Positions 33,421 through 43,287 are shown, numbered from the stretch's first letter. The stretch: 64,000 bases of DNA from Nanobdellota archaeon (GCA_042572295.1 JBHPFA010000001.1:79788-143787), one strand, 5' to 3'. Program-made: numbers and translations. The notes: generated by a model not told the origin, from the sequence alone.

Positions 33421-34599
33421 CTAGAATGTCTTTCCGAGAGTTAGTGAATGAAGATTTCCTTTAAAATCACATAACTCTCTGGCAATATTTCCTAAAGACC
33501 TTATTTGAGAACCACTAGTATAAACATCATCAAATAAAATAACATTTTTGAACTCTCTGAGGGATGTTCCTTTCTTTACGCCAGTGGTTGAGTAATGCCC
33601 TTCTCTGTTTCCCCCTTCGTGTGAGGAAGATTTTGGATATACTCTATAAAAAACCCTTTTTGATAAACTATTGCCAAAATGATTTGAATTAAGACTTTTT
33701 GTAATTACATTATTGATATCATAAAAATAGCAAAACTCTGGAAGAGAGTTGGGTGCTGCAAGAATTGCTGTTTCTCCTACAAGATTCATTGAGTCTATCT
33801 TTTTTAGAAGGGTGCTATAAAAATTTTGAATAACATCCTTAAATCTCTTTCCTTCTTTGATCCTTCCATTGAAAAAATATTCGCTTCTTTGCCCCTCTTT
33901 TATTTTTGATCTTCTAATTTCTTTACTTTCTTTGAACCTTAAAACATCTGAAGCAAAGTCGTATTTGGGATTATTTGCATAAGGATATTTAGTAACAGGA
34001 TAGTAATCATCTAGGAAAGATAACTTTATTTCAGGGTCTCTTAAGGGGGCTGTTTCTAGAAATGCATATTTTTCAGTGTTTTCTCTTTTGTTATAATTTA
34101 TTTTTCCTTCCCCAAACTTTTCTATTGCTTCTTCCAGCTCAGAAATATCTGAAACAATAATGGAGGGTTCTGATTTTGCCAGTCTTTTGGGAGTACTTTC
34201 TCCCCAAGTAACTGCAATAGAAGGTATTTCGAGCCCATGGGCAGTTAGCATATCTATAGGATTATCTCCAATTATTATTGCATCTAAAAACATTGAGGAT
34301 TTGTGTAATAGCTCTGCCTTATTTGGTTTTCCCAGTGAGGCATTTATTTTTATTTCAGAAAAACCATGTTTTCTTAGTAAAACCTCTGAATAGTCATGTG
34401 GAGAGTTTGTTACTATCTCTGCTTTTTTATGTTTACTAAGTTTATTTACTAGTTTAACCAACTGATCATAATAGGGCTTAGTAGGGACCTTATCTGGATT
34501 CTCCACCACAAATTGTTTTCCCTCTCTTGTGCAATTGAATGGTCTAAGTCTACTTGTATCAATTAATGTTCCATCCAGGTCAAATAAGCATTCTCTCAT
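33421..34599 (-). CDS. HAD-phosphatase domain fused to ComFC-like phosphoribosyltransferase domain
   Basis: N-terminal HAD motifs are LFDLDGTLIDT (I), IVTNSP (II) and K...IIGDNPIDMLTA (III/IV). The C-terminal PRTase PRPP loop is NVILFDDVYTSGSQIRSL, as in ComF/ComFC. Confidence 0.65.
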   Translation of the reverse strand: MRECLFDLDGTLIDTSRLRPFNCTREGKQFVVENPDKVPTKPYYDQLVKLVNKLSKHKKAEIVTNSPHDYSEVLLRKHGFSEIKINASLGKPNKAELLHKSSMFLDAIIIGDNPIDMLTAHGLEIPSIAVTWGESTPKRLAKSEPSIIVSDISELEEAIEKFGEGKINYNKRENTEKYAFLETAPLRDPEIKLSFLDDYYPVTKYPYANNPKYDFASDVLRFKESKEIRRSKIKEGQRSEYFFNGRIKEGKRFKDVIQNFYSTLLKKIDSMNLVGETAILAAPNSLPEFCYFYDINNVITKSLNSNHFGNSLSKRVFYRVYPKSSSHEGGNREGHYSTTGVKKGTSLREFKNVILFDDVYTSGSQIRSLGNIARELCDFKGNLHSLTLGKTF

Positions 34600-35462
34600 T
34601 TTTTGTTAATCCTTTTGATATTCTCTTTGTAATTTTCAAGCCAATTATGGTTCTTTAAGAAATTATTGGCTAAAACATAGATTGGCTTGTCCTGTTCTGC
34701 ACAAGACTTTATAGCATGTTGGGTTCCAGACTTATCTGAAGCCTTTATTACAACAATCCCTTCTGTAGAAAGTGAGACTGTTGTGAGGTTTCTATGTGCA
34801 AAATAAGAACTAAACGTTCTTATGCCGATAGGGTACTGGGAAACTAGTAAGTGCTCTTTAGCGATTATTTCCTGCAATTTTTTGTTTGAGCTAGGGTAAT
34901 ATTGATTGAGAGGAGTTCCTAAAACTGCAATTGTGCTTTTTCCAGCTTCAACTGCTTTAGTATGGGCAAGAGTATCACAACCTTTTGCCAGCCCGCTAAC
35001 AATAACATAATCTTTCTCCAGAAGTCTTTTCAATACATTAAATGCTTCCCCATATGCTGCTCGGTCTTTGTTTGGATAAATGTGTCTTGTTCCAACAACT
35101 GCAATATTTTCCCTATTTAGTAAACTTTTATCTCCCCTTGTATAAATTACAGGAGAATTTCCTTCTTTTTTCATGCTTTCAGGGAAGTTAGAATCATTTA
35201 CTGTTAGGACATCAAAGTCAAAATCTACCTTGTCTAGTGTGCTTATGACTTTTTCTATTCCTTTGATACTCCTTATAGAGTCCCCTACAGATAAAACATC
35301 TGGATTAAGGCTTTTGTAGATATTCTCAAAGCTCCCATATTCTAGAAGTTTTTCTCTAACAGAATCATTAGAACTTTTGGTTCCAATATTCATTTTTTTT
35401 GAGTAAATTAGGGCTGCATGAAACAGGCTTTCGTTTTTACTCTTATTTTCATATAGGGCCAT
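34596..35462 (-). CDS. dprA: DprA/Smf-like (SLOG Rossmann) protein
   Basis: IAVVGTRHIYP...VIVSGLAKGCDTLAHTKAVEAGKSTIAVLGTPLNQYYPSSNKKL...LLVSQYP...FAHRNLTTVSLSTEGIVVIKASDKSGTQH follows the DprA Rossmann-domain consensus. A 4-nt overlap links it to the downstream HAD-PRTase gene. Confidence 0.7.
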   Translation of the reverse strand: MALYENKSKNESLFHAALIYSKKMNIGTKSSNDSVREKLLEYGSFENIYKSLNPDVLSVGDSIRSIKGIEKVISTLDKVDFDFDVLTVNDSNFPESMKKEGNSPVIYTRGDKSLLNRENIAVVGTRHIYPNKDRAAYGEAFNVLKRLLEKDYVIVSGLAKGCDTLAHTKAVEAGKSTIAVLGTPLNQYYPSSNKKLQEIIAKEHLLVSQYPIGIRTFSSYFAHRNLTTVSLSTEGIVVIKASDKSGTQHAIKSCAEQDKPIYVLANNFLKNHNWLENYKENIKRINKK

Positions 35463-35709
35463 TATTTAAGAACAAGATTGAGGCACTTGTTAATCCACCA
35501 CCTCAGTTAATTAACTAATTTGAAGGATTTAAACTTAATGTATTGTAAAAGATAATTATCCTCAAATCAGATAATGCTTTTAAAATGAAATATCTTTAAG
35601 ATTCCAAATAAAAGTAGAGTTTATGGAGATTGTGATTTTGATGGAATTAAAAGAGAGGTTAGTCCACTCATTAAAAAAATAAAAGAAGAAGAAAATAAAT
35701 AAAACTAAA

Positions 35710-36201
35710 TTAAAAGAGCTTTTTCTTTAGATCTTTCCAAGCAACGAATCCTATTACGATTAGGTCTAGGATTCCTCCAATATTAGGAATAATTATTGCT
35801 AAACTAAAAAATCCAGGGTACTTTCTCTTTTCATAAAGTCTCCATCTAGCTATTATTAATAGAACTAATAAAGCTATCCATCCTAAAACTGGAATCAAGA
35901 CTAAGAATACCCATGCCCAATGGAACTTTCCAAGTTGTAGAACCATTGACCATCTTGCTATTGGAATCCATGCAAGCCAAGAATGTTTATACTTGAACTT
36001 CTTTCCAATAGTCTGCCATGCTAACGAAGTATAAACATAAAACGCAAGCACTGCAAAAAGAGCTGCTGTTATTCCTAATACCATCAAACCTCCCATTGCT
36101 CCGCCTGCTAAAGCATCGGCAAAAGGACATTGTGCAATAAGATTAACAGGGTCTCCTGTGAAATTACCAGACATTAGTTGTTGACAAACTTCAAATACCA
36201 T
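35710..36201 (-). CDS. Integral membrane protein (4 TM), unknown function
   Basis: Hydrophobic helices GGLMVLGITAALFAVLAFYVY, WVFLVLIPVLGWIALLVLLII and IGGILDLIVIGFVAW. Confidence 0.6.
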   Translation of the reverse strand: MVFEVCQQLMSGNFTGDPVNLIAQCPFADALAGGAMGGLMVLGITAALFAVLAFYVYTSLAWQTIGKKFKYKHSWLAWIPIARWSMVLQLGKFHWAWVFLVLIPVLGWIALLVLLIIARWRLYEKRKYPGFFSLAIIIPNIGGILDLIVIGFVAWKDLKKKLF

Positions 36202-36383
36202 TTAACACCTCCTTTTATCACCACATTTCTTACTATCTTACGAGGTACTATGTACTTAAAAGACTTTCTGAAGGAAATTTCTAAAGTTGTTCTCTGGAGA
36301 GATAATGCTCTTTCATTGCCCCTCTTAAGTGGTGACATTGGGTAAGATTTATATACCTGTAAGGCCTTATATAATAGGAAAAA

Positions 36384-37190
36384 ATGGGGCTAAAAGAACT
36401 AGTTGATGTCAATAATGAGAAGCTCGTAATTAAGCATAGACTGGGCAATAATTCTAAAATTAACTATGAAGCAGAAGCTGATGAGATGCGTGAATCTCTA
36501 GGAGATTCTCTAGGGGATAAGAAGCCAATTCTTACTCTAGAAGGAGATGTTATGAGATTGGAAAAAACTGGAGAGATTGTTCTTGCACATCCACCAACAG
36601 CAAAATATTGGGGATTATATTCACATATGTCAAAAGAAGCTTTTGATAATTACCGTGAACAAGGAAAAGCTGCATATCTTGGAGAGATTTTGGAGAAGGT
36701 TTCTGAATATCAAAATAGAGGGCATGACATTGCCCTTTCTATAGAAGCAAAGCCTACTGGAACTGACGCAGATGTAGCTAAAAGAACTGCTAAAGCAGTT
36801 AAAGAAGTAGGAATCGAACGTGCTTATTTCTATTCATTCTGGCAAAAACATCTGGAAGCTTTTGCCAAAGGAAATGAGGAAGCTGGAACAGACTTACCTA
36901 TTGGGTTGACTCTTATGGGGAGACTTACTAAAATGAAGCCTAGTGAATTACTAGGAAGTTCAGATGTATATCCTGATATTCTAGTCATGCCATATATGTC
37001 TGATTTTGTTAAAGATCATGAAAAACCAGTTATTTATGGAGAGGTGAGTGGTAAGGAAGATGCAAGAAAAATTGCTTTAGATGATAATGCTCTTGGATTT
37101 TACTGGAAAGGTGAAAATAAAAGATCTATCTCCTCTATGGTAAAAGATTATTGGGGATTGGGTCCTGAAAATGAAGAGCCATTTAGTTAA
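36384..37190 (+). CDS. Hypothetical; weak GDPD/PI-PLC-like phosphodiesterase pattern
   Basis: IKHRLG ... YEAE ... LTLEGDVMRLEKTGEIVLAHP ... LSIEAKP loosely follows the HRG / E / ExD / H / IEiK blocks of glycerophosphodiester phosphodiesterases. Confidence 0.3.
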   Translation: MGLKELVDVNNEKLVIKHRLGNNSKINYEAEADEMRESLGDSLGDKKPILTLEGDVMRLEKTGEIVLAHPPTAKYWGLYSHMSKEAFDNYREQGKAAYLGEILEKVSEYQNRGHDIALSIEAKPTGTDADVAKRTAKAVKEVGIERAYFYSFWQKHLEAFAKGNEEAGTDLPIGLTLMGRLTKMKPSELLGSSDVYPDILVMPYMSDFVKDHEKPVIYGEVSGKEDARKIALDDNALGFYWKGENKRSISSMVKDYWGLGPENEEPFS

Positions 37191-37205
37191 CTTTTTATAG
37201 TATTA

Positions 37206-38525
37206 ATGAGCAGATATTTAAGAGGTGTTCAGCCTCAGACTGTTTCTGAGATAAATATAATGGTAAAGAAGATAGTAGATTATAGTCCAGAAGCGATTAA
37301 AGGAGTTTATGATATATGTAATGGTGATTTATATGTTAAAAATAAGAAGAGTCTGAAGCCTTTGTTAAGCCATTTAAAGGATGCTGGATATAAGGTTAAA
37401 GATACAAGTTCTGATAAATGTTTTGATGGAAAGAAACCTCCAAGAAAAGTTCAAGAAAAGGAAGGGTCCTCACTTTGGCATGGTAGTTTGACTGAAAGGG
37501 TGCTTAAAAGAAAGGGAGAATGTGGATCTTGTCATAAATTGATGGATTTGAGGAAAGCTTGGAAAGAGGGACATAAATGTGGGAAATGTGGAGATGTCAC
37601 TTATAAAAAATTCCCCGATGGAAGCAGGATTAATTTCAATGTTGTAAACTATGACAATGAAACTGTTGGGAGCGTCATGAGAGATCTTACCTTGATAGTC
37701 CACAGTTATGATGATAAAAAGAAAAGATTGAATTTGTATGCTGATCATAAAGACTACAAAGGAAAACCAAGAGAATTTAGCATGCGTGGACTTAGGAAAC
37801 CAGTAGAAGATTCATATGATGATCTTTCAACTATGATAAAGCTATATCCAAAGACTTTTTCTGTAGGGAAAGTGAAGAAAACAAAAGTGGTTTCAGTCCC
37901 TTATGACATTAAAGACTCTTATTTAAAAGAACATGGGATAAACACTTGTGAAAGAAGTGGAGAATTAAAAAATTTTGATCAGGTAAAAGTATTCAAGGGA
38001 AAGAAGATGGATGAATGGGCCCAATTACCAATTCCTGATAGCGTAAGTATATATGAAGCCTGGCATTGGGCACCATTAAAACCAAGTCCTGGATTATATC
38101 AAGAAATAATGCATGCTGCTGGGCAACCACCAAGAAAAGATTATTATCATCAAGATGGAAGACCTGCTTTTTCAGATTGTATTATTGGAAGAATGCTTAA
38201 GTTTGTGGAGCATTTTACAACTGTTGATGAAAAAATGGTTGCTCGTCATTTAGATGCAAGATTATCTGGACCTGGGTTGATTGATGTTCTTGCAAAAATC
38301 ACAGGACATACAAAATTTATCGAGACTGCTCCCAATCCAATGGGTGCGTTAAGTATCGTTGCAAAGGCTCTTTCAGGAAAAAGGTTAACTGAAAATGAAT
38401 TAGTTCAAGGAGAAAAAAGTCTAATTGCCGATATGGAAGGTGATAATGTCGTAGGAGAAACATTGGGTGCTTACCTATACCAGGAAAGGGCAAAGAAGTT
38501 GAGAAAAAGGAAAAAGAGAAGATAG
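37206..38525 (+). CDS. Hypothetical 439-aa protein with internal zinc ribbon and basic tail
   Basis: CGSCHKLMDLRKAWKEGHKCGKCGD. C-terminus is KKLRKRKKRR. No other motif recognised. Confidence 0.55.
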   Translation: MSRYLRGVQPQTVSEINIMVKKIVDYSPEAIKGVYDICNGDLYVKNKKSLKPLLSHLKDAGYKVKDTSSDKCFDGKKPPRKVQEKEGSSLWHGSLTERVLKRKGECGSCHKLMDLRKAWKEGHKCGKCGDVTYKKFPDGSRINFNVVNYDNETVGSVMRDLTLIVHSYDDKKKRLNLYADHKDYKGKPREFSMRGLRKPVEDSYDDLSTMIKLYPKTFSVGKVKKTKVVSVPYDIKDSYLKEHGINTCERSGELKNFDQVKVFKGKKMDEWAQLPIPDSVSIYEAWHWAPLKPSPGLYQEIMHAAGQPPRKDYYHQDGRPAFSDCIIGRMLKFVEHFTTVDEKMVARHLDARLSGPGLIDVLAKITGHTKFIETAPNPMGALSIVAKALSGKRLTENELVQGEKSLIADMEGDNVVGETLGAYLYQERAKKLRKRKKRR

Positions 38526-38531
38526 GAAGAA

Positions 38532-39086
38532 ATGAAAACAGAAATAGAAAGAAAGTTTTTGATCTGTGAAGGAACAGACTGGGATGAAAAAGTTCATGCA
38601 ACTAAAGAATTCTTTAATATTTATGAATCAATCATGTATTGCCGAGGGGGTGTAAGGATGTATGGAGAAAATATTGTTCAAGGATATCTTCCAACTAAAG
38701 AAGGGAAGAAATTAGCAAGGGCAATGAAATTAAAATGCGACTTTCCGCCAGAAGAATTTAGATTAAGAAAAAGATCTCAAAACCATTGTTTTACAATTAA
38801 AGGAGAAGGAGATATAGAAAGGCCTGAATTAGAAACTGACATATCCAAAGAAACTTTTGGTTACAATTGGTATTTGACGGGGGGGAAAAGAATCTGGAAA
38901 AACAGATTAGTGATTCCCTATAAGGGATTTAACATTGACATGGATGTTTATGATAATAAAAGTGGAAGAATTCTAGCAGAAGTTGAGTTTCCTTCGAGAA
39001 AAGATGCTGATTCTTATCCATTATTAGGAAAAGAAGTCACAGAAGATCCTAAATATAAATCAATAAACATGGTGGAGCGAAGATGA
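38532..39086 (+). CDS. CYTH-domain (triphosphate tunnel metalloenzyme) protein
   Basis: N-terminal signature MKTEIERKFLI (the ExExK motif). Further acidic/basic strands are FRLRKR and LAEVEF. About 184 aa. Confidence 0.7.
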   Translation: MKTEIERKFLICEGTDWDEKVHATKEFFNIYESIMYCRGGVRMYGENIVQGYLPTKEGKKLARAMKLKCDFPPEEFRLRKRSQNHCFTIKGEGDIERPELETDISKETFGYNWYLTGGKRIWKNRLVIPYKGFNIDMDVYDNKSGRILAEVEFPSRKDADSYPLLGKEVTEDPKYKSINMVERR

Positions 39087-39595
39087 GAATTAAACCCTTA
39101 TATGAAATAGCTGAGAATAGAAAAAGGAGAACAGATAAAATACTAGAAGAGATCACAGTAGTTGATGCGCTTAGTTCTTTAGAAGTTCCTTGTATTATTT
39201 ATGTGCCTAGAAGATTGGGTAATCCTTTTGGAAGTGAAAAAAGAAGATTAGGGGAGATAACTCCTGGAGCAATTAATTATGGTAATTTGATTGGAAAACA
39301 TTTTGGATTAGCCCAAGTAGGAATATCTGCACTCAAATATGATAGAAATTACATGTTGATCAATAATCCAAATAATAAACATAAGTTATTCAAGGGATTA
39401 AATAAGAAGATAATCCACACAACAGTAAACATAGACAGAGACTTCAGTACACTAATACGTTCAAAGAGAACTAAAGTTTGTTTCTATAATGGAAATGTCT
39501 ATGACATGAAACAAGAATTTCTCAAAAGAGGATATTCTGACTTAAAGAAGAATGTCTTGAAAGAAAGGATAGAATCCCTCTATAAAAGAAAATAA
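39083..39595 (+). CDS. Hypothetical protein (translationally coupled to CYTH gene)
   Basis: ATGA overlap with the upstream stop. 170 aa, basic, no motif recognised. Confidence 0.55.
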   Translation: MRIKPLYEIAENRKRRTDKILEEITVVDALSSLEVPCIIYVPRRLGNPFGSEKRRLGEITPGAINYGNLIGKHFGLAQVGISALKYDRNYMLINNPNNKHKLFKGLNKKIIHTTVNIDRDFSTLIRSKRTKVCFYNGNVYDMKQEFLKRGYSDLKKNVLKERIESLYKRK

Positions 39596-39751
39596 GTTAT
39601 ACTCCTGAAGTAGTATTATCCTATACAAAACCTATAAATACTTCTTAGTCTTGTAAAAAGAGTAGTAGGCGATTAGTGCCTTGGGGTTTTATACCTTAAT
39701 TGTATTTATTTCTGGCTAGAGTGAATAATGTAGCTTTGGCTGGAAAAAACG

Positions 39752-39766
39752 AAAGGTTTATAAATG
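39752..39766 (+). promoter_or_regulatory. BRE/TATA-like box of the RNAP operon
   Basis: AAAGGTTTATAAATG lies about 35 nt upstream of the rpoH ATG. Confidence 0.45.
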
Positions 39767-39800
39767 GTTCTTTTGATAAAATAGTGTTCTAAGCCCTAAA

Positions 39801-40013
39801 ATGCATCAGCTACAGCCAAAACACTCAAAATTAAAACCAGAAGAGGTAAAGAAAGTTCTCAAAAAATATAACATCTCTTCTACACAATTACCGACTATGA
39901 AAGTTACAGATAAGGCTCTTTCGGTAGATGTTATGGCTGGAGATATAATTAAAATTGATAGGAAAGATGAAAAGGGAGAAAAAATCCCTTATTACAGACT
40001 CGTAGTAGTATAA
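39801..40013 (+). CDS. rpoH: DNA-directed RNA polymerase subunit H (Rpo5)
   Basis: QLQPKHSKLKPEEVKKVLKKYNISSTQLPTMKVTDKA...GDIIKIDRKDEKGEKIPYYRLVV matches the RpoH pattern. It occupies the first position of the operon. Confidence 0.85.
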   Translation: MHQLQPKHSKLKPEEVKKVLKKYNISSTQLPTMKVTDKALSVDVMAGDIIKIDRKDEKGEKIPYYRLVVV

Positions 40014-40021
40014 TTTTCAAA

Positions 40022-41491
40022 ATGGATAAACAACACACATTAATCAAAAATTTCCTTAAGAATCACTCCTTAGTGGAGTCTAATATTCTATCTTTCAATG
40101 ATTTTGTCGATAATAGAATGCAAGTTATTGCAAAAGAAGTTGCTGCTAACTTATCAAGTGAAGATATTAAAGTTGAAGTGGGAAAGATTAAGGTTGGAAG
40201 ACCAAATATTATTGAAGCTGATGGAAGCAGACACAATTTACTACCAGCAGAAGCAAGAATGAGAAACTTAACTTATTCAGCCCCTGTACATATGGAGATT
40301 ACTATAAAGAAAGATGATGAATCAGAACATTGTGACGTTGAGATTGGAAGAATGCCAATCATGGTTAGAAGTAAGTATTGCCACTTACACAATATGACTG
40401 ATGATCAATTAATTGAAAACCATATTGACCCAGCAGACCCTGGAGGTTATTTTACAGTCAATGGTAATGAAAGAATTCTAGTTTTATTAGAAGACTTAGC
40501 ATCAAATCAACCTTTTATTAACATAGATTCTAAAAATAAAAAGAAAAAGATACTTAGATTATTCTCACAAAGAGGATCTTACAAGATTCCGACTTCAATT
40601 CTTGAAGCAACTGATGGAATTCTTGAAATAAGTTTCTCAAGATTCAAGAATATTCCTTTAATTCCTTTGATTAAGTCATTGGGAGTTACAAAAGATGCAG
40701 ACATCGCTAAGTTAGTCGGAGTAGAAAGTGATAGTTTTGTTGTTAATCTTTATGAATATACTGGAATGCACTCAGCACTTGATGCATTGAATTTCATTGT
40801 TGACAGAACTTCAATGTTAGGAACAAAGAAAGAAGTTCAAGATAAATTAAAAACAAGAATTGATTCTTATCTTCTTCCTCATATCGGAGTCACACCTGAA
40901 AGTAGAGTAGAGAAAGCAGTAACTTTATGTAAATTAATGAAACAATTCTTTGTAGCTAAGCAAACTAAATACTTAAGTGATAAAGACCATTATGCTAACA
41001 AGAGAGTAAAGCTTTCCGGAGATTTATTCACAGACTTATTCAGAATTAACTTAACAATGTTGTTAAGAGACTTGCAAAACAATTTAATTAGACTTGCAAA
41101 GAAAAAGAAAATATATTCATTGATGACTCTTGCAAAGGCAACTTTGTTCACACAAAGAATTGAATCAGCTATTGCAACAGGTTCATGGATTGGAGAAAGA
41201 ACTGGAGTGACTAAAAACATGGATAAGACTAATTTCTTATCAATATTCTCTGACTTACAGAGAGTTATTTCATTACTTCCTTCCGAACAAGAGAACTTCA
41301 AAGCAAGAACCCTACACCCAACACATTATGGAAGGTTCTGTCCTATTGAAACTCCAGAAGGAACACCTATTGGTTTGAGAAAGAACCTAGCATTGTTAAG
41401 TAAGATTTCAACTGCTGTTGACTTAGACAGCAGACACTTTGTAGATACTCTAAAAGAAATTGGAATGGAGGTTCCAAGTAATATAAAATAA
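40022..41491 (+). CDS. rpoB2: RNA polymerase subunit B'' (N-terminal half of split RpoB)
   Basis: LPAEARMRNLTYSAP, DPGGYFTVNGNERILV, HYANKRVKLSGDL and THYGRFCPIETPEGTPIGL. Confidence 0.95.
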   Translation: MDKQHTLIKNFLKNHSLVESNILSFNDFVDNRMQVIAKEVAANLSSEDIKVEVGKIKVGRPNIIEADGSRHNLLPAEARMRNLTYSAPVHMEITIKKDDESEHCDVEIGRMPIMVRSKYCHLHNMTDDQLIENHIDPADPGGYFTVNGNERILVLLEDLASNQPFINIDSKNKKKKILRLFSQRGSYKIPTSILEATDGILEISFSRFKNIPLIPLIKSLGVTKDADIAKLVGVESDSFVVNLYEYTGMHSALDALNFIVDRTSMLGTKKEVQDKLKTRIDSYLLPHIGVTPESRVEKAVTLCKLMKQFFVAKQTKYLSDKDHYANKRVKLSGDLFTDLFRINLTMLLRDLQNNLIRLAKKKKIYSLMTLAKATLFTQRIESAIATGSWIGERTGVTKNMDKTNFLSIFSDLQRVISLLPSEQENFKARTLHPTHYGRFCPIETPEGTPIGLRKNLALLSKISTAVDLDSRHFVDTLKEIGMEVPSNIK

Positions 41492-41492
41492 A

Positions 41493-43286
41493 ATGACAGA
41501 CATATTTTACAATGGAAAATTCGTAGGAGAAACTAATGAACCTAAAGAATTTGCTGAAAAAGTAAAAGACAAAAGAAGGCAAAGCCTACTTCCTCAAGAA
41601 ATGAGCATCAGACTTGTGGAAGAGAATGACATGATTCTTATTACTACAGAAACTGGAAGAGTTATCAGACCTTTAATTGTTGTAAAGAACGGCGAACCAA
41701 TGATTAATAATGAGCATCTTGAACAAATAAAAGAAGGAAGACTTAATTTCAGTGATTTAGTAAAACAAGGAATTATAGAATATTTAGATGCTGCAGAAGA
41801 AGAGAATGCATTAGTTGCATTAAACAAAGAAGACATCACTCCAGATCACACACACTTAGAAGTTGATAAGATTGCATTCTTGGGATTAATTACAGCATTG
41901 GTTCCTTTCGGAAACCATGACCAGAGTTCAAGATTAAACAGAGGAAGCAAGACTCAAAAGCAGGCTTTAGGCCTTTATTCAGCTGCATTCCCTATTAGAT
42001 TAGATACAGATGTAAGTATTCTTCATTATCCACAAAAGCCACTTGTTAGAAGTTTTATATATGATACTATTTCATTTTATCCTGCAGGACAAAACATGGT
42101 TGTTGCAATCATGCCTTACCAAGGATATAATGTTGAGGATGCAGTTATATTAAACAAAGGTTCTGTTGACAGAGGACTTGCAAGAAGCACTTATTTTAGA
42201 CCATATTCTGGAACTGAATTACATTATGCTGGAGGTCTAGCAGATGAAATTACTATTCCTTCAAAAGATGTTGGAGGATATAGAACTGAGAAAAGTTATA
42301 TGTATCTAGAAGAAGATGGAATCGTTTATCCTGAAGCTAAATTACGTGGTGGAGATATTGTTATAGGAAGAACTTCACCTCCAAAATTCTTATCAGAAAT
42401 GGAAGAAATGGCTATTGCTAAAGCGAGAAAAGAAAACAGTGTAATGATTAGACAAGAAGAGAAAGCTACAATTGATGGAGTTTTCATAACAAGAGACTCA
42501 GAAGGAAACAAAGTTATTCAAGTTCGTGCAAGAGATTTAAGAATTCCTGAATTTGGAGACAAATTCTCAACACCTCATGGACAGAAAGGAGTTGTTGGTT
42601 TAATTGCTCCGGAAGATGAATTACCTTTCACATCAAGTGGAATGAAACCAGATTTAGTTTTCAATCCTCACAGTATCCCGTCAAGAATGACAGTAGGTTA
42701 TCTATTAGAGCTACTTAATGGAAAGATTGGTGCTTTGAAGGGAGAATCAATGGATGGAACTTCATTCCAAGAAAGAGATGTTGCAGACCTTGAAAAGCAA
42801 TTGACTGAATTAGGTTTCAGAGCTGATGGAAAAGAAACTTTCTATGATGGAATTAGTGGAAAGATGATTGATGCTAAGATTTACGTCGGAAACATGTATT
42901 ATCTTAAACTTAAATACATGGTTGGAAACAAGCTTCACGCAAGAGGTATTGGAAAAGTTACATTACTTACAAGACAGCCAGTTGAAGGAAGAAGTAAAGG
43001 TGGAGCATTGAGACTTGGAGAAATGGAGAAGGATGCAATTATTGGACATGGAGCATCATTACTGCTTAAAGAAAGATATGATTCAGATAAAGTAACTATC
43101 CCTATCTGTATAAAATGTGGTTCATTAGCAATTGTAGACAAACTAAGAAAGAAAGAGTTCTGTCCAGTATGTAATGGAGCTGCTATCGAACCTATAGAGA
43201 TTAGTTATGCGTTCAAGTTATTCATGGAAGAATTAACTGCAATGCATATTTTCCCACACTTAGAATTAACAAATAAATACGAATAA
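41493..43286 (+). CDS. rpoB1: RNA polymerase subunit B' (C-terminal half of split RpoB)
   Basis: PFGNHDQSSRLNRGSKTQKQA, GYNVEDAVILNKGSVDRG, GDKFSTPHGQKGVV, GEMEKDAIIGHGAS and the C-terminal Zn ribbon CIKCG...CPVC. Confidence 0.95.
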   Translation: MTDIFYNGKFVGETNEPKEFAEKVKDKRRQSLLPQEMSIRLVEENDMILITTETGRVIRPLIVVKNGEPMINNEHLEQIKEGRLNFSDLVKQGIIEYLDAAEEENALVALNKEDITPDHTHLEVDKIAFLGLITALVPFGNHDQSSRLNRGSKTQKQALGLYSAAFPIRLDTDVSILHYPQKPLVRSFIYDTISFYPAGQNMVVAIMPYQGYNVEDAVILNKGSVDRGLARSTYFRPYSGTELHYAGGLADEITIPSKDVGGYRTEKSYMYLEEDGIVYPEAKLRGGDIVIGRTSPPKFLSEMEEMAIAKARKENSVMIRQEEKATIDGVFITRDSEGNKVIQVRARDLRIPEFGDKFSTPHGQKGVVGLIAPEDELPFTSSGMKPDLVFNPHSIPSRMTVGYLLELLNGKIGALKGESMDGTSFQERDVADLEKQLTELGFRADGKETFYDGISGKMIDAKIYVGNMYYLKLKYMVGNKLHARGIGKVTLLTRQPVEGRSKGGALRLGEMEKDAIIGHGASLLLKERYDSDKVTIPICIKCGSLAIVDKLRKKEFCPVCNGAAIEPIEISYAFKLFMEELTAMHIFPHLELTNKYE

Positions 43287-43287
43287 A

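Noticed and set aside
39596-39751. Unusually long (~200 nt) non-coding stretch upstream of rpoH as a possible small RNA
   Set aside because: I could not recognise C/D or H/ACA boxes or a stable conserved-looking fold by eye, so it is left unannotated.
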